From Promethearchaeota archaeon (GTDB lineage Archaea; Asgardarchaeota; Lokiarchaeia; Sigyniarchaeales; SOKP01): a DNA stretch of 57,043 nucleotides. Below the pieces are notes generated by a model that was not told the DNA's origin, did not search any database, and saw nothing but the letters and a program-made list of their open reading frames with translations. The position numbers and the translations under genes are program-made. Below are positions 19,150 through 29,527 of the stretch, one piece after another. The stretch spans positions 1 to 57,043 of the forward strand of contig JAEOTP010000064.1 of NCBI GenBank assembly GCA_016839765.1. The letters run 5' to 3'. How positions within the stretch are numbered: the first letter of the stretch is position 1; the number at the start of each line of letters is the position of its first letter.

Positions 19150-20391
19150 TCAATTTTTGATGTTTTTTTGCAGGAATTCATCTGTAACTCTAATTTTATC
19201 CTCATTTAATTCTATTTTATAAGGTCTAGATGGCTTTTTTTTATCAAAAGGGGTGTTACAGACCCAACATGCATTTTCTAAAGTTTCAAGCGTTCTTGCG
19301 CAATTTTGACAATATAAAACAGCACATTTAGAACATTTAAATATATTTAGCTTGGATACATTTCCTTTGCAAACAAGGCATACTCTAAATTCCTTAGAAT
19401 AGGTTATATCTTTAATGTGGATCTCTTGAGGTCTGGAGAACATTTTTAAAATATCTTGTTCTGGTTTTTCTGTTTGAATTTCAGCTCTAATAATTTTTAT
19501 AATCTTATAAAACACCACTAGATAAAAACCAAATACTATAATATAATTAATTACCATTTCGATATATCCTATCTCAATAGCACTAAATAATTGAAAACCA
19601 GCTACTATTCCAATGCTTATTCCAAATATAATCCAATATCTGAATGCATGTCTAATTACAATGGGATTAGCTATTGCTGGGATCAGCATTATTAAAAAAC
19701 CAATTAAACTTAAGATAGGACCAGCATATAAGTAAACTATCCTTGGAATAATAAGTTCACCAAAATAACTACGAATAACATTTGAAGTTAAATTATGTCC
19801 ACCCACCAAAAGCATGAGTGCGAAAGAAAAAAAAGCAGTTATAGCTTTAAACTCCATTCGAGACCATTTTGTATATAAGAAGAAAATAAAATAAACTATC
19901 AAGACTGAAACTACAGGTACACTATAAACAAAAATGAAATATGCTAATTCGAATGGTAGAATAAATATTAATATTAATATAGCGGTATATGATGTGGTGA
20001 GAATATATTTGGTACGTTTTACTATCTTCTCAAATGTAAAAAAAATAAATACGGATGCTAATGTGTATCAAAAATTGCGAATCCTTATAAGGACAGCATA
20101 CAGGGAGGGATTTATAGTATTATAAAAATCTCCATAGAAATAATCTCCATAGAAATTATGATCAACATAAGTTCCTTGAATTAAAAAATCGCTCAAAAAG
20201 GGGGTTAATACAATTCCTACTTGAGAGAAAATAAAGCCTGCAAATCCTATTAATATTAATTTGTCATTTAAGTGCTCTTTTTTAATTCCATTATTTAAAT
20301 AAATAATCCCGCCTGAGAAACCAACTATAAAAGCAAATATTCCTAAAAATCTCTCAATTAGATTATAAACTAAAACAGTTGTGAAACTAAA
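19150..20391 (-). pseudogene. Multi-TM protein with C-terminal RING-like Zn finger, interrupted by one in-frame TGA
   Basis: The frame of ORF 19150..19902 continues upstream through TGA 20068-20070 (RNF*YTLAS) to 20391 with TM-like sequence. C-terminus CLVC..C..C...YC.NC...CWVC. No canonical start for the extended frame. Confidence 0.6.
20127..20156. repeat. 15-bp perfect tandem duplication AATCTCCATAGAAAT x2
   Basis: Read directly; encodes FYGDY-FYGDF on the minus strand. Confidence 0.85.
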
Positions 20392-20683
20392 TCACCCTTT
20401 AAAGAGAAATCGTAAACAACTAATTCTTTAAATAAGAAACCAATGTATATAAAGCTATGTTACCGTTTTCATAGTTAAAGTACTTTAATTAAGATTTAAA
20501 AAAATTTCAACAAATCACATTTTCTAATCTTTTTTTGGAAGTATGTGAGTTTTCACAATTTTCAGCTTTGATCAAATTTTGTTGAATTTTTTATTGAAAT
20601 TCATAATATTTTTTAAAATTTTATTGAATTTGAAAATATTTTTATAGGCGAACGATCTAAAATCTTAATAATTAAATAAAAAT

Positions 20684-22315
20684 TTGACCTCCAGAATTAA
20701 ACTCAAATCTATAATGTTAGAACAAAATATACAGCCAAAAGAAATATTTCAACGGAGAGAAGAGTTTGGGATTGACAATTCTATAAAGTTGTTAACAGAG
20801 ATCATTGAAACTGAAAAAAATGAGAACCAAAGAAGGGGTGCAGTAAAATATTTAGGGTTAGTAAGCAAAGAAGCACCTTCATTAAAGAAAGAATGTTTTG
20901 CTACTCTAGAAAACATATTAATTTCTGGAGACAATATCGAAATTAAATGTGAAGCTGCCAAAGCTTTAGGAAAACTCAACTATGACAAGGCTTTAAAACC
21001 ATTGATGTGGGTTTTAGAAGAAAATCCTGATAATCTTGAAATAAGGCTCTCAGTATTAAAAGCAATAAAGAAAATACAATTTAAGGATAATGAAATTAAG
21101 ATATTTATAAAAGAATTAGGTAGTCCCTTTACATCTATTAGAGATTATGTTAGAAATAAATTACTTACTCTTAATCCCGAAAACTTAATTAATACTTTAT
21201 TAGAATCACTGAAAAGAGGAGAGTTCTCTGATGAACACAAATCAGAGCTTATAAAATTAATTGGTATGGAATTATCTTCAATTGATATTTCTTTTAAAGA
21301 TGTTAGCTATTTAAAAGTAAAGTATCCTGAAATTCTTTCTGATTTGACGGCAAATAAACATATTTTATTAAATGAAATTACACAAATTTTGAAAGAAGAA
21401 GATTCGGAATTAATGGACGCAATATTAACTATAGTAAAATTAATTAAAAGTGATATTAAGGATGAGATCATTAAATTAATACTCATTGATGATTTTATTG
21501 CTAAAAAAAACGTGATTAAGTTAACCGGAAAATTAAGACTAACTGATGCTGTGGATTTTCTTGTTACCAATTTAGATAACATCTACAATGAAGTCAGCAT
21601 TGCATCAATTAAAGCTTTAGGTGAAATTGGAGATGTTTCTGCGATCCCAGATCTTTTAGGTATTTTAGATATAGAAGATATAAGTTTTGAATATTCTGAT
21701 ATTGATATGAAATTTCAGATTATAGATGCTGTAAAAAATATATATTTAATTAACAATAGTGCTACGTATGATCATTTATATTCCCAGTTAGAAAAAGATA
21801 ATGACACCCTTAAAGAAAGTATTGCTTTTATTTTCGGTGAATTAGGAAAGGAAGATTTTGTGAATCCATTAATTAACTTATTACATGAAAGAAACTTAGA
21901 TGTTAAGAAAAATGCGATAATTGCCCTTGGGAAAATTGGTCATCTTAACGCATTAAATCAATTAATTAAACTTATAGTTGATAAAGATTCTTATTGGCTA
22001 ATTAAAAAGATAAGTGTTGACGCTATTTATAATATTTTCCATAGAAATTGGTATAAGTTAAAGGAAGGTGAGAAAGATCTGAAAAGAAACTTGAACAAGA
22101 GTCTTGCAATATTAATTGAACATTTAACAGTCAACGAAACTGAAGATTTTAAGGTCAAGCTAAGTTTAATTAAATTCTTAGAGAATTATGGAGGGAAAAA
22201 CGCTTTAGATGCGTTATTGAAACGGGTGAACGATTTTCATAGAGTTGTAAGAATTCATGCCTCCAATGCAATTAAAAGGATTGAAGAAAAACTTGAATTA
22301 GAAAAATCGGCATAA
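20684..22315 (+). CDS. HEAT/PBS-lyase repeat protein
   Basis: Repeated EAAKALGKL, SIKALGEIG, AIIALGKIG, VRIHASNAI units. Confidence 0.85.
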   Translation: MTSRIKLKSIMLEQNIQPKEIFQRREEFGIDNSIKLLTEIIETEKNENQRRGAVKYLGLVSKEAPSLKKECFATLENILISGDNIEIKCEAAKALGKLNYDKALKPLMWVLEENPDNLEIRLSVLKAIKKIQFKDNEIKIFIKELGSPFTSIRDYVRNKLLTLNPENLINTLLESLKRGEFSDEHKSELIKLIGMELSSIDISFKDVSYLKVKYPEILSDLTANKHILLNEITQILKEEDSELMDAILTIVKLIKSDIKDEIIKLILIDDFIAKKNVIKLTGKLRLTDAVDFLVTNLDNIYNEVSIASIKALGEIGDVSAIPDLLGILDIEDISFEYSDIDMKFQIIDAVKNIYLINNSATYDHLYSQLEKDNDTLKESIAFIFGELGKEDFVNPLINLLHERNLDVKKNAIIALGKIGHLNALNQLIKLIVDKDSYWLIKKISVDAIYNIFHRNWYKLKEGEKDLKRNLNKSLAILIEHLTVNETEDFKVKLSLIKFLENYGGKNALDALLKRVNDFHRVVRIHASNAIKRIEEKLELEKSA

Positions 22316-22368
22316 AAATTCTTATTCTTTATGGAAAAAATATTTAAGAATCCTTTGTTTCTTAAAGG

Positions 22369-22907
22369 ATGATGAAATCCAAAAATATAGGACTTCTTAT
22401 CTCTGTGGTTTTTATATTCAGAGTATTTGTTATCAAAAGAACTATAGCCTATCCCTTTTTACTTATTAATAGGGAAATAGTTCTAAAAATGTAATAATCC
22501 ATGTAGCAGGGACCTACTTCTTCGCAACTACATTTGAATTGATTATTCTTCTAATATTTATCAAGCACTATCATTTAAAATTCAAAGTTTTTATTTATAT
22601 CCCTTTTGTTAAACTGATTACCTATCCGTTTATACTTTTTGGCTATATTTTCAGCTATTCAATTTATTTTAGTTTCATATCTTTAATCTTTTATATTGTT
22701 ATAGCAGGAGGTTCTACAGTCTATATTGAATATATTTTTTTATTAGACAAATTTGAGAAATCAGGAATATGGATTTTGGACAAGAAGTTAAAAAGCATGA
22801 CATTAGCGGGGATTATTGTGGCAAATATAATACCTTTTTCGTATAACCTTTTTTTAATGGGAATTTGGCCTCCTACATTTCTTTTTTACCCTTTTAAAAG
22901 CTTTTAA
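22369..22907 (+). pseudogene. Probable frameshifted membrane protein
   Basis: Signal-like ORF from ATG 22369 (MMKSKNIGLLISVVFIF..) ends at 22494 and overlaps a different frame open from 22473 to 22907. Confidence 0.35.
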
Positions 22908-23084
22908 TCTTTTTCAATAGATTTACTTAAAAATTATAAAAGTAGAAATTCTTAAAATTAAGTAGAGCAATTCATATATCTTTTAAACTTATTAATAAAT
23001 TTTAAAGGATTTAATCCATTTCATTACATAAGTTTTAAGTCAAACAACTAAGGTTATTTCTGAAGTTTAATTGGTTTCTTAATA

Positions 23085-24584
23085 ATGACAAAAGAGCAAT
23101 CAAAGATTAATGAAACAGCAACCCAATATGAATATTCTTTTGATTATATTCAAAAGAAGCTTGAAGGGAAGAAAGATTCATATGGTATGCTAATGAAAGA
23201 GATTGTACGAGCGGGAATTTGTACTGAATGTGGAACCTGTGCAGCTGTATGTCCTGTCCTTGAATGGGATTATGTTACAAGTCAACCAAAATTAATAGGA
23301 AAATGTACTGGTTGTGGAATTTGTTATAATCAATGTCCTCGCACGATTACAGATCCAATTCAACTGATGGGAGAATTTAAAACCGGATATACTGCCAATA
23401 CAAACATCCCTGAGGTAATAGGGGGTCAAGATGGAGGAACTGTGACTTCATTATTAGTTTATCTTTTTGATGAGCACTTAATAGATGCTGCAGTTGTTAC
23501 CATGAAGGATCCAAAAAACCCATGGCACCCTGTTGCCCAAATAATTACAAGTAAAGATGATGCGATAAAAGCCTCTGGATCTATTTATTCTCACTCACAA
23601 ACTGTCGAAGCACTAATGGATGCAATTCGACAAGATTATAGATCTATTGCATTCATTGGTACTCCTTGTAATATTGATGCAGTTGATAAAATGACGAATT
23701 CTCCAGCTGGAATGTTAAAGTATTTCATGAGAGCTCATATCCTTAAGATAGGGCTTTTTTGTATGGATTCGTTTGCTCCAGACGCAATCTATCCCTTTTT
23801 TAAGAAAGATGGCATTGATCTTTCTAAAGTTCAAAAAATGGATATTAATAAAGGTAAGTTTCACATATACTATGATCCTCAAGGAGAACCAATAAAATCT
23901 TATACAATAAAGCAATTAGATAAATTTAAGTCGTCAAGTTGCAATTTTTGTATAGATTTAACTGCTGAGAATGCTGATATCTCGGTTGGATCTGTTGGAA
24001 GCGGTCCAAATAAGAATACCGTATTTTCAAGAACAGGCTTAGGAACCGAAATTATTGAGGATGCTGCTAAAAAAGGATACTTAAAAATTGAACCTTTTAA
24101 TTCAATAAACCTCAATTCTGTTCTATTCTTAGCTAAACTTAAAAAAGTCTCTCAATATAACATCCAAAAACGTAAAGTTTTCATAGTAAAAGACACACTT
24201 GAAGAAGAACCGAGAATCGAAACAAAACCAGAAGTAGAACAAGCTGAAATTAGAACTACGCTTGGAGCTAAAAAATTCTTTAGCGTTTCAAAAGCTATAA
24301 TTGAACAAGATAAAATCTTAAATATTTCAATTACTAATACAGCTGGTTATGTTCTAGAAGATGTAAAAATTAGAATAGTTATTGTCGAGGAGTTATTTGA
24401 AAAACGACCATGGGTAACAAACATTAAGGAATTATTTCCATATGAAACTATTGAAATTGGCTATCCTCTTGAAGAAAAGGATAATCACCTAGTATATGGA
24501 AATGTGTTAGTCGAAGCTTCAACAGAGGGTTTCGGAAAGATATTCTCAAGAACCTTCAAACTAGCACCAAAAGAAGAAAAATAA
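23085..24584 (+). CDS. FrhB/FdhB-family F420-binding protein fused to a C-terminal Ig-like beta domain
   Basis: CTECGTCAAVCP, CTGCGICYNQCP, QDGGTVT, IGTPC, GLFCMDSF, CNFCIDLTAENADISVG, followed by a linker and a beta-rich tail. Confidence 0.85.
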   Translation: MTKEQSKINETATQYEYSFDYIQKKLEGKKDSYGMLMKEIVRAGICTECGTCAAVCPVLEWDYVTSQPKLIGKCTGCGICYNQCPRTITDPIQLMGEFKTGYTANTNIPEVIGGQDGGTVTSLLVYLFDEHLIDAAVVTMKDPKNPWHPVAQIITSKDDAIKASGSIYSHSQTVEALMDAIRQDYRSIAFIGTPCNIDAVDKMTNSPAGMLKYFMRAHILKIGLFCMDSFAPDAIYPFFKKDGIDLSKVQKMDINKGKFHIYYDPQGEPIKSYTIKQLDKFKSSSCNFCIDLTAENADISVGSVGSGPNKNTVFSRTGLGTEIIEDAAKKGYLKIEPFNSINLNSVLFLAKLKKVSQYNIQKRKVFIVKDTLEEEPRIETKPEVEQAEIRTTLGAKKFFSVSKAIIEQDKILNISITNTAGYVLEDVKIRIVIVEELFEKRPWVTNIKELFPYETIEIGYPLEEKDNHLVYGNVLVEASTEGFGKIFSRTFKLAPKEEK

Positions 24585-24660
24585 AAACAAGTTAAATAAA
24601 AAATTAAATGAGATAATTAATTATTTTTAAAAAAGAAATTAAGGCTAAAGGTGAAAAAAA

Positions 24661-25569
24661 ATTAAGGTGTCATTAGTTGGTCTTTCGGGTTGTGGAAAGA
24701 CGAGTATTTATTCAGTTGCCTTTGCTGAAAAAACTCCTGAAGATACAAAAAGTTTGAGTCCAACGATTCTGTATGAAACTAGAAGGCATCCATTTTTAGG
24801 GCTTCAAGTTGGAATTTTTGATTTTGGTGGCCAAGAACAATACAGGAAGGAATACATGGAAAAACCCGAGGTATTTCGAGGAACAGATATTCTCATTCCT
24901 ATTGTAGATCTTCATGATCCAAAAAATTTCGAGCAAGCAAAGGAATATTTTAAAGGATTATTAGATATTTATCGTAAAAGCAATGAAAAGCCTAAGATAT
25001 TCCTTTTCCTTCATAAATATGATACTGAGGATTATCAGAAGGAACTTCTTGATACAAACGTTAACAAAGCAAAGGAAATCTTCTTAAATCTTTTTAAAGA
25101 TTATGATTTTGATTACAGATTAACAAGTATCTATTTACAGGATGAATTAGCAAAGACCTTTAGAGATCTATTGATATCCTCATACGCAGATTTAAAAGCT
25201 CATGTGGAAAAAGCAGAAAGTCAACTCGAAGAAATTAAGGCAAAAATAATAATATCAGATGTTTCAGGAAATGTTATTGTTCATAATGTTCAAGGTGTAA
25301 GTAGTGGTTTGGCATTAAGGGGAGATTTAAGAGATTTCATAAATGCGTGTAATACTGTACGAGAAAACATTTTTATGTCTGATTCATCCATTTTTCAGGG
25401 GAAAAATGATGAGGGCAAGGAGATTGAACTTCATATATTTAAATATATTATTTCAGTATTAGTAATGAAATCAGAGGAATTAGATAGAGATTCTCAAGAT
25501 AAATTGAATACTTTATTAAGTGATATGAAATTATTTGCAGATTTAATTATTTCCGCTCACACAGAATAA
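24661..25569 (+). CDS. Rag/Gtr-like small GTPase with C-terminal roadblock/longin-like domain; probable ATT start
   Basis: GLSGCGKTS, PTI, DFGGQ, HKYD and TSIY (Rag-type G motifs); C-terminal IIISDVSGNVI. AAGGTGA precedes ATT AAG GTG TCA (xKVSLVG). Confidence 0.85.
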   Translation: MKVSLVGLSGCGKTSIYSVAFAEKTPEDTKSLSPTILYETRRHPFLGLQVGIFDFGGQEQYRKEYMEKPEVFRGTDILIPIVDLHDPKNFEQAKEYFKGLLDIYRKSNEKPKIFLFLHKYDTEDYQKELLDTNVNKAKEIFLNLFKDYDFDYRLTSIYLQDELAKTFRDLLISSYADLKAHVEKAESQLEEIKAKIIISDVSGNVIVHNVQGVSSGLALRGDLRDFINACNTVRENIFMSDSSIFQGKNDEGKEIELHIFKYIISVLVMKSEELDRDSQDKLNTLLSDMKLFADLIISAHTE

Positions 25570-25651
25570 ATATTAAAAAAAATCAAATAGTAATTTTACT
25601 TTTATCTCTTTTTTCTATTAATTTTTGAGCAAAATATTTATAGATATTAAT

Positions 25652-26326
25652 TTAGGGGTAGAAAATTCGATAAAGTTCTTGATAAATTTCAGCAAGTTTG
25701 GAAAGATAATAAGAATTATTTGTTTGTAAGTAGTAAGAAATATAACCACCTAACCCATCTGGATTTTTTACCCATTCTAGAAACATTTCTACTTCTGCTT
25801 TTAACGTAGGGTCAATAGTAGGAATTGTTGATGGATAAGTATATGTAGTATATTGTTCTGAAGAGGTTTCTCTCACTGTTTCTGTTTTAGTATCTTTAGA
25901 AAAATCTATTTCCGTTTTAATAAATTCAGATTTTGAGCCCTTTGTTAGCATAGCAGCAGCTCTAGCAACAGCAGGATAAGCTAAATGAAACCATCCTTTT
26001 GCTTTAGCTCTAACATGAGCAATCATATAATTTTCACCATCAGGGGTAGTAGCTCCAATAAGATGACCCTTTTTATGACGATTGGTTGCGATAAAACGCT
26101 CTGGCTCCATCTGGACAATCGAATAACGGATGGAGTTTACAGTAACAGATTGCGCAGAACCACTAGCCCAACTGGATAATAAACTTCTTATATCACTTTT
26201 AATACTCCAATTTTTTGTTGAATATAACAATTTTCCATTATTACTAAATATGGCTACTGATTCAGCATCTTTATAGTGCTTTTGTAAATTATTTGCCACA
26301 GTTTTAAAATTTACTATAAATATCAC
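25652..26326 (-). CDS. Asgard profilin-like protein with ~95-aa C-terminal extension
   Basis: VAIFSNNGKLLYSTKNWSI, IRYSIVQMEPERFIATN..KGHLIG resemble Loki profilins as I recall them (T.NW, I.Y.I...ER.I.TN..KGH). Confidence 0.72.
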   Translation of the reverse strand: MIFIVNFKTVANNLQKHYKDAESVAIFSNNGKLLYSTKNWSIKSDIRSLLSSWASGSAQSVTVNSIRYSIVQMEPERFIATNRHKKGHLIGATTPDGENYMIAHVRAKAKGWFHLAYPAVARAAAMLTKGSKSEFIKTEIDFSKDTKTETVRETSSEQYTTYTYPSTIPTIDPTLKAEVEMFLEWVKNPDGLGGYISYYLQTNNSYYLSKLAEIYQELYRIFYP

Positions 26327-26346
26327 TTTTTTCTTTAATTATAATT

Positions 26347-27702
26347 TTATTTACTCAAATCTATCCAAGTATCAACTTTTTCTAATAATTCAAGTTTTTC
26401 TTTATAACTTAATCCTAGATTTGGTTTAGCTCGTTGATAAATGTTTGCATATTTACTCAGATCCCATAAATAATTAAGATGTAAAACCATGCTTTTAATA
26501 TAATTACGTGCAATTTCAAACGCTTTACCTATCGAACTTAGATCGTAATCTTGTTTTATTATTTCTTTTAATACGGATAAAATTTCAATTATATTGCTGG
26601 TGGGTATTTCTGGAAGGGTTTTAATCTCTACAGTTGGACGCTCTATAAATCTGGGCTCAAACTTCTCCCTTTTTGGTTCTTCTTTCACAATGGTTTTTTC
26701 TTCCTTTTTAGGATGATATAACCGCTCCCTTCCTATAAGAACAGAATCTTCCAATTCTTTTTTTGTTCTTCTTCTAAATTGATCAGGCCACTCCACAAAA
26801 GAAGCTAGATTTTCCTCTGCAGAAACTAAAATTGATTCCTTTAGCGTTTTTTTAGGAGTGTGTTTTACTTGATGTGTAATTGAGTTTGGCATTTTTATTT
26901 TTAACCAAATATTTACTTGATCTATTAATGAATATAAATATATTGGATCAAATTCTACCGTAGAGTAAATTTCATTTAATTTTCTAATAGTTTCTCTAAT
27001 CTCAAGAAGTTCTGAATCTGTAAAGTGCTCGATTAGAAACTTATATACGCGCAACGAAATTCCATTCAAACCTGCTACTGATTCTAAATATTTTAATTTT
27101 ATTTCAGGTTGCATGTCATCAGAAATAAGGATCTGATTGAAGAAATCCCAATGAGCACTTAAAATCATATGCCCTGTCTTATCAAATTTATACTTATTGG
27201 GATCGCGAATAGTCTCAATAAATTCCAAGATTATATCCTTATACGGTATAAATAAATTTCTCATTAAAGTTCCTTGAATAAATGTTTTTTTGTTTTCTGA
27301 CTTAAATGATAAATCAATTGGTATTTTAAATATATCCTCTCCAACAACTACATCTCGATCATTTTGGAGAGTAATATTTTTTGATTTTGCTAATCGATCA
27401 TACACAAAATCAGATAGTAATAACCCCGTTAGAGGTCTATTATCAGTAATATATCTTCCAGTTTGAACTTCAAACTTCGTATAGTAATATCCTAATCCAA
27501 AAAGATAATATATTGTACCCCTCATGGTTTTAACAGCACGTTCAATACCACCAAAAAAGATCACCAAATCTTGAGAAATACTTAGCACATCATGATTAGC
27601 ATATCGCCCTAAAGTCGGATATCCAAGTAATTTTCCCCAACTTGGAATTACTAAAAAAATATTATTATTTATCAATTTTTTTTTTAATGGAACATTGGAC
27701 AT
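26347..27702 (-). CDS. Hypothetical protein, probably co-transcribed with the profilin-like gene
   Basis: 451-aa ORF ending 20 nt before the next gene; no recognised motif. Confidence 0.75.
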   Translation of the reverse strand: MSNVPLKKKLINNNIFLVIPSWGKLLGYPTLGRYANHDVLSISQDLVIFFGGIERAVKTMRGTIYYLFGLGYYYTKFEVQTGRYITDNRPLTGLLLSDFVYDRLAKSKNITLQNDRDVVVGEDIFKIPIDLSFKSENKKTFIQGTLMRNLFIPYKDIILEFIETIRDPNKYKFDKTGHMILSAHWDFFNQILISDDMQPEIKLKYLESVAGLNGISLRVYKFLIEHFTDSELLEIRETIRKLNEIYSTVEFDPIYLYSLIDQVNIWLKIKMPNSITHQVKHTPKKTLKESILVSAEENLASFVEWPDQFRRRTKKELEDSVLIGRERLYHPKKEEKTIVKEEPKREKFEPRFIERPTVEIKTLPEIPTSNIIEILSVLKEIIKQDYDLSSIGKAFEIARNYIKSMVLHLNYLWDLSKYANIYQRAKPNLGLSYKEKLELLEKVDTWIDLSK

Positions 27703-27890
27703 ATCAATCTTTTGATCAATTATTATCCTTTACTAATAATTATAGAAAAGTGTATTAATAATCCTTTACATATTTGGTAATATTATTAAATTTTTTTAAT
27801 TTTAAGCTTAGAGAATAATAAAAAAAAGAATAAATAGTTACAATAATTCTTATAGAAACAGAGAATATAATAATTTATACTTATCTTCTT

Positions 27891-29105
27891 ATGCAATCAA
27901 CGGGTAGAGACGATAGAAGAAGGAAAGATATGAAAGATGAGGAATATCTAACTAATTATATTAGTCATCTAGAGAATAGGATAAAAAATCTTGAAAATGA
28001 AAGACGTTCATTAAAAACAGAATGCTTGAAATTGGAACACGATTTACATACATTAAGAAATGAGATGAGCCATTTAAGAGAGGCTCCTTTAATTACTGGT
28101 ATCTTAACAGATATCTTGGATGAGAAAAAAGAAAGAGTCATTATAAATATTTCTACAGGTTCTAGCTTTATAGTAAATACTAGTAAAAATGTAAGAAAGA
28201 ATCAGTTAAGACCTGGATTGAATGTGGCGTTAAATCAAAACACATATTCTGTTATGGAAATATTGCCAATGAATTTAGAACCAATTATTAGGGGGATGGA
28301 ATTAATTGATTCTATACCAGACATTTCGTATAATGATATTGGAGGATTGGATGAGCAAATAGAGGAATTAAGAGAAGCTGTCGAATTACCTTTAATAAAA
28401 CCAGAATTATTTGAGAAAATAGGTATAGATCCTCCAAAGGGAGTTTTACTTCATGGTCCTCCTGGCACAGGAAAGACATTGTTAGCAAAAGCTGTTGCTC
28501 ATGAAACTAAAGCTACATTCATTAGAGTAATTGCATCTGAATTGGTGCAAAAGTTTATTGGAGAAGGCGCCCGTTATGTTAGAGAGATTTTTAGTTTAGC
28601 AAGAAAAAAAGCTCCATCAATATTATTCATTGATGAATTAGATGCTATAGCAGCTGAAAGAATGGAAGATGCTACTTCTGGAGATCGAGAGGTTCAGAGA
28701 ACAATGATGCAACTTTTAAGTGAGTTGGATGGTTTTAATGAGAGAGGAAATGTTAGATTTATTGGCGCAACTAACCGGATAGATATTTTAGATCGCGCAT
28801 TATTAAGACCTGGAAGATTGGATAGGTTAATAGAATTACCAATTCCTAATGAAGTATCAAGGGGAGAAATTTTTAGAATTCATACAAGATTTTTAAATAT
28901 TGGGGAAAATGTTAATTTTAAAGAGTTAGTTAGGCTAACTTCAGATGCTACAGGAGCTGATATTAAATCAATTTGTACTGAAGCAGGAATGTTCGCAATT
29001 AGAAGGGATTCAGAAACCGTTAGCAATAAAGATTTTTTAAAAGCAGTTCCTAAAATTATGAAAAAAATACAAAAAAAATTAGTTAGATTAGATTTTTTTA
29101 GTTAA
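27891..29105 (+). CDS. pan: Proteasome-activating nucleotidase (AAA+ ATPase)
   Basis: N-terminal coiled coil, GPPGTGKT, FIDELD, ATNR, LLRPGRLDR, TGADIKSICTEAGMFAIR. Confidence 0.93.
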   Translation: MQSTGRDDRRRKDMKDEEYLTNYISHLENRIKNLENERRSLKTECLKLEHDLHTLRNEMSHLREAPLITGILTDILDEKKERVIINISTGSSFIVNTSKNVRKNQLRPGLNVALNQNTYSVMEILPMNLEPIIRGMELIDSIPDISYNDIGGLDEQIEELREAVELPLIKPELFEKIGIDPPKGVLLHGPPGTGKTLLAKAVAHETKATFIRVIASELVQKFIGEGARYVREIFSLARKKAPSILFIDELDAIAAERMEDATSGDREVQRTMMQLLSELDGFNERGNVRFIGATNRIDILDRALLRPGRLDRLIELPIPNEVSRGEIFRIHTRFLNIGENVNFKELVRLTSDATGADIKSICTEAGMFAIRRDSETVSNKDFLKAVPKIMKKIQKKLVRLDFFS

Positions 29106-29257
29106 AAACTATATGTTTTCTCGATTTTAAGTTTTAAAACTTTGTTTTTCTTCTTTTTGTTCTATATATAGTATGAAACATTGATTAAATATATTAAATT
29201 TTTAAAGGCATATCCTATTAATTTTTTAGTAATCACGTAATAGGAGGAGATTTTAAA

Positions 29258-29389
29258 TTGAAGAAATTAGCAGAAAAATTGAAAAAAATTGAATATGAAT
29301 TGCCAAAATGGACAAGAGAGCTGTTATATGAACATTTAATAGAAGTTTGTGAAGATATAGAAGAAAAAAGACAGCTCAAAGCAAATTAA
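29258..29389 (+). CDS. Small helical protein (43 aa)
   Basis: AGGAGG RBS, then TTG: MKKLAEKLKKIEYELPKWTRELLYEHLIEVCEDIEEKRQLKAN. Confidence 0.55.
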   Translation: MKKLAEKLKKIEYELPKWTRELLYEHLIEVCEDIEEKRQLKAN

Positions 29390-29527
29390 GAACAATATTT
29401 TTAGTATAAATTTAGAAAGCATTTGATATTACATCTTATCCTGTTAACAGCTTTCTAATAATGATTGGTCTAAATATCATTTATATATCTTTTTCAATTA
29501 GTTAAATATAAATCTAAACTTTATAAG

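Noticed and set aside
20068-20070. Selenocysteine at the TGA in the membrane/RING-like gene
   Set aside because: Not a redox or Cys-motif context and no SECIS-like fold seen downstream; a TGG-to-TGA change is more likely.
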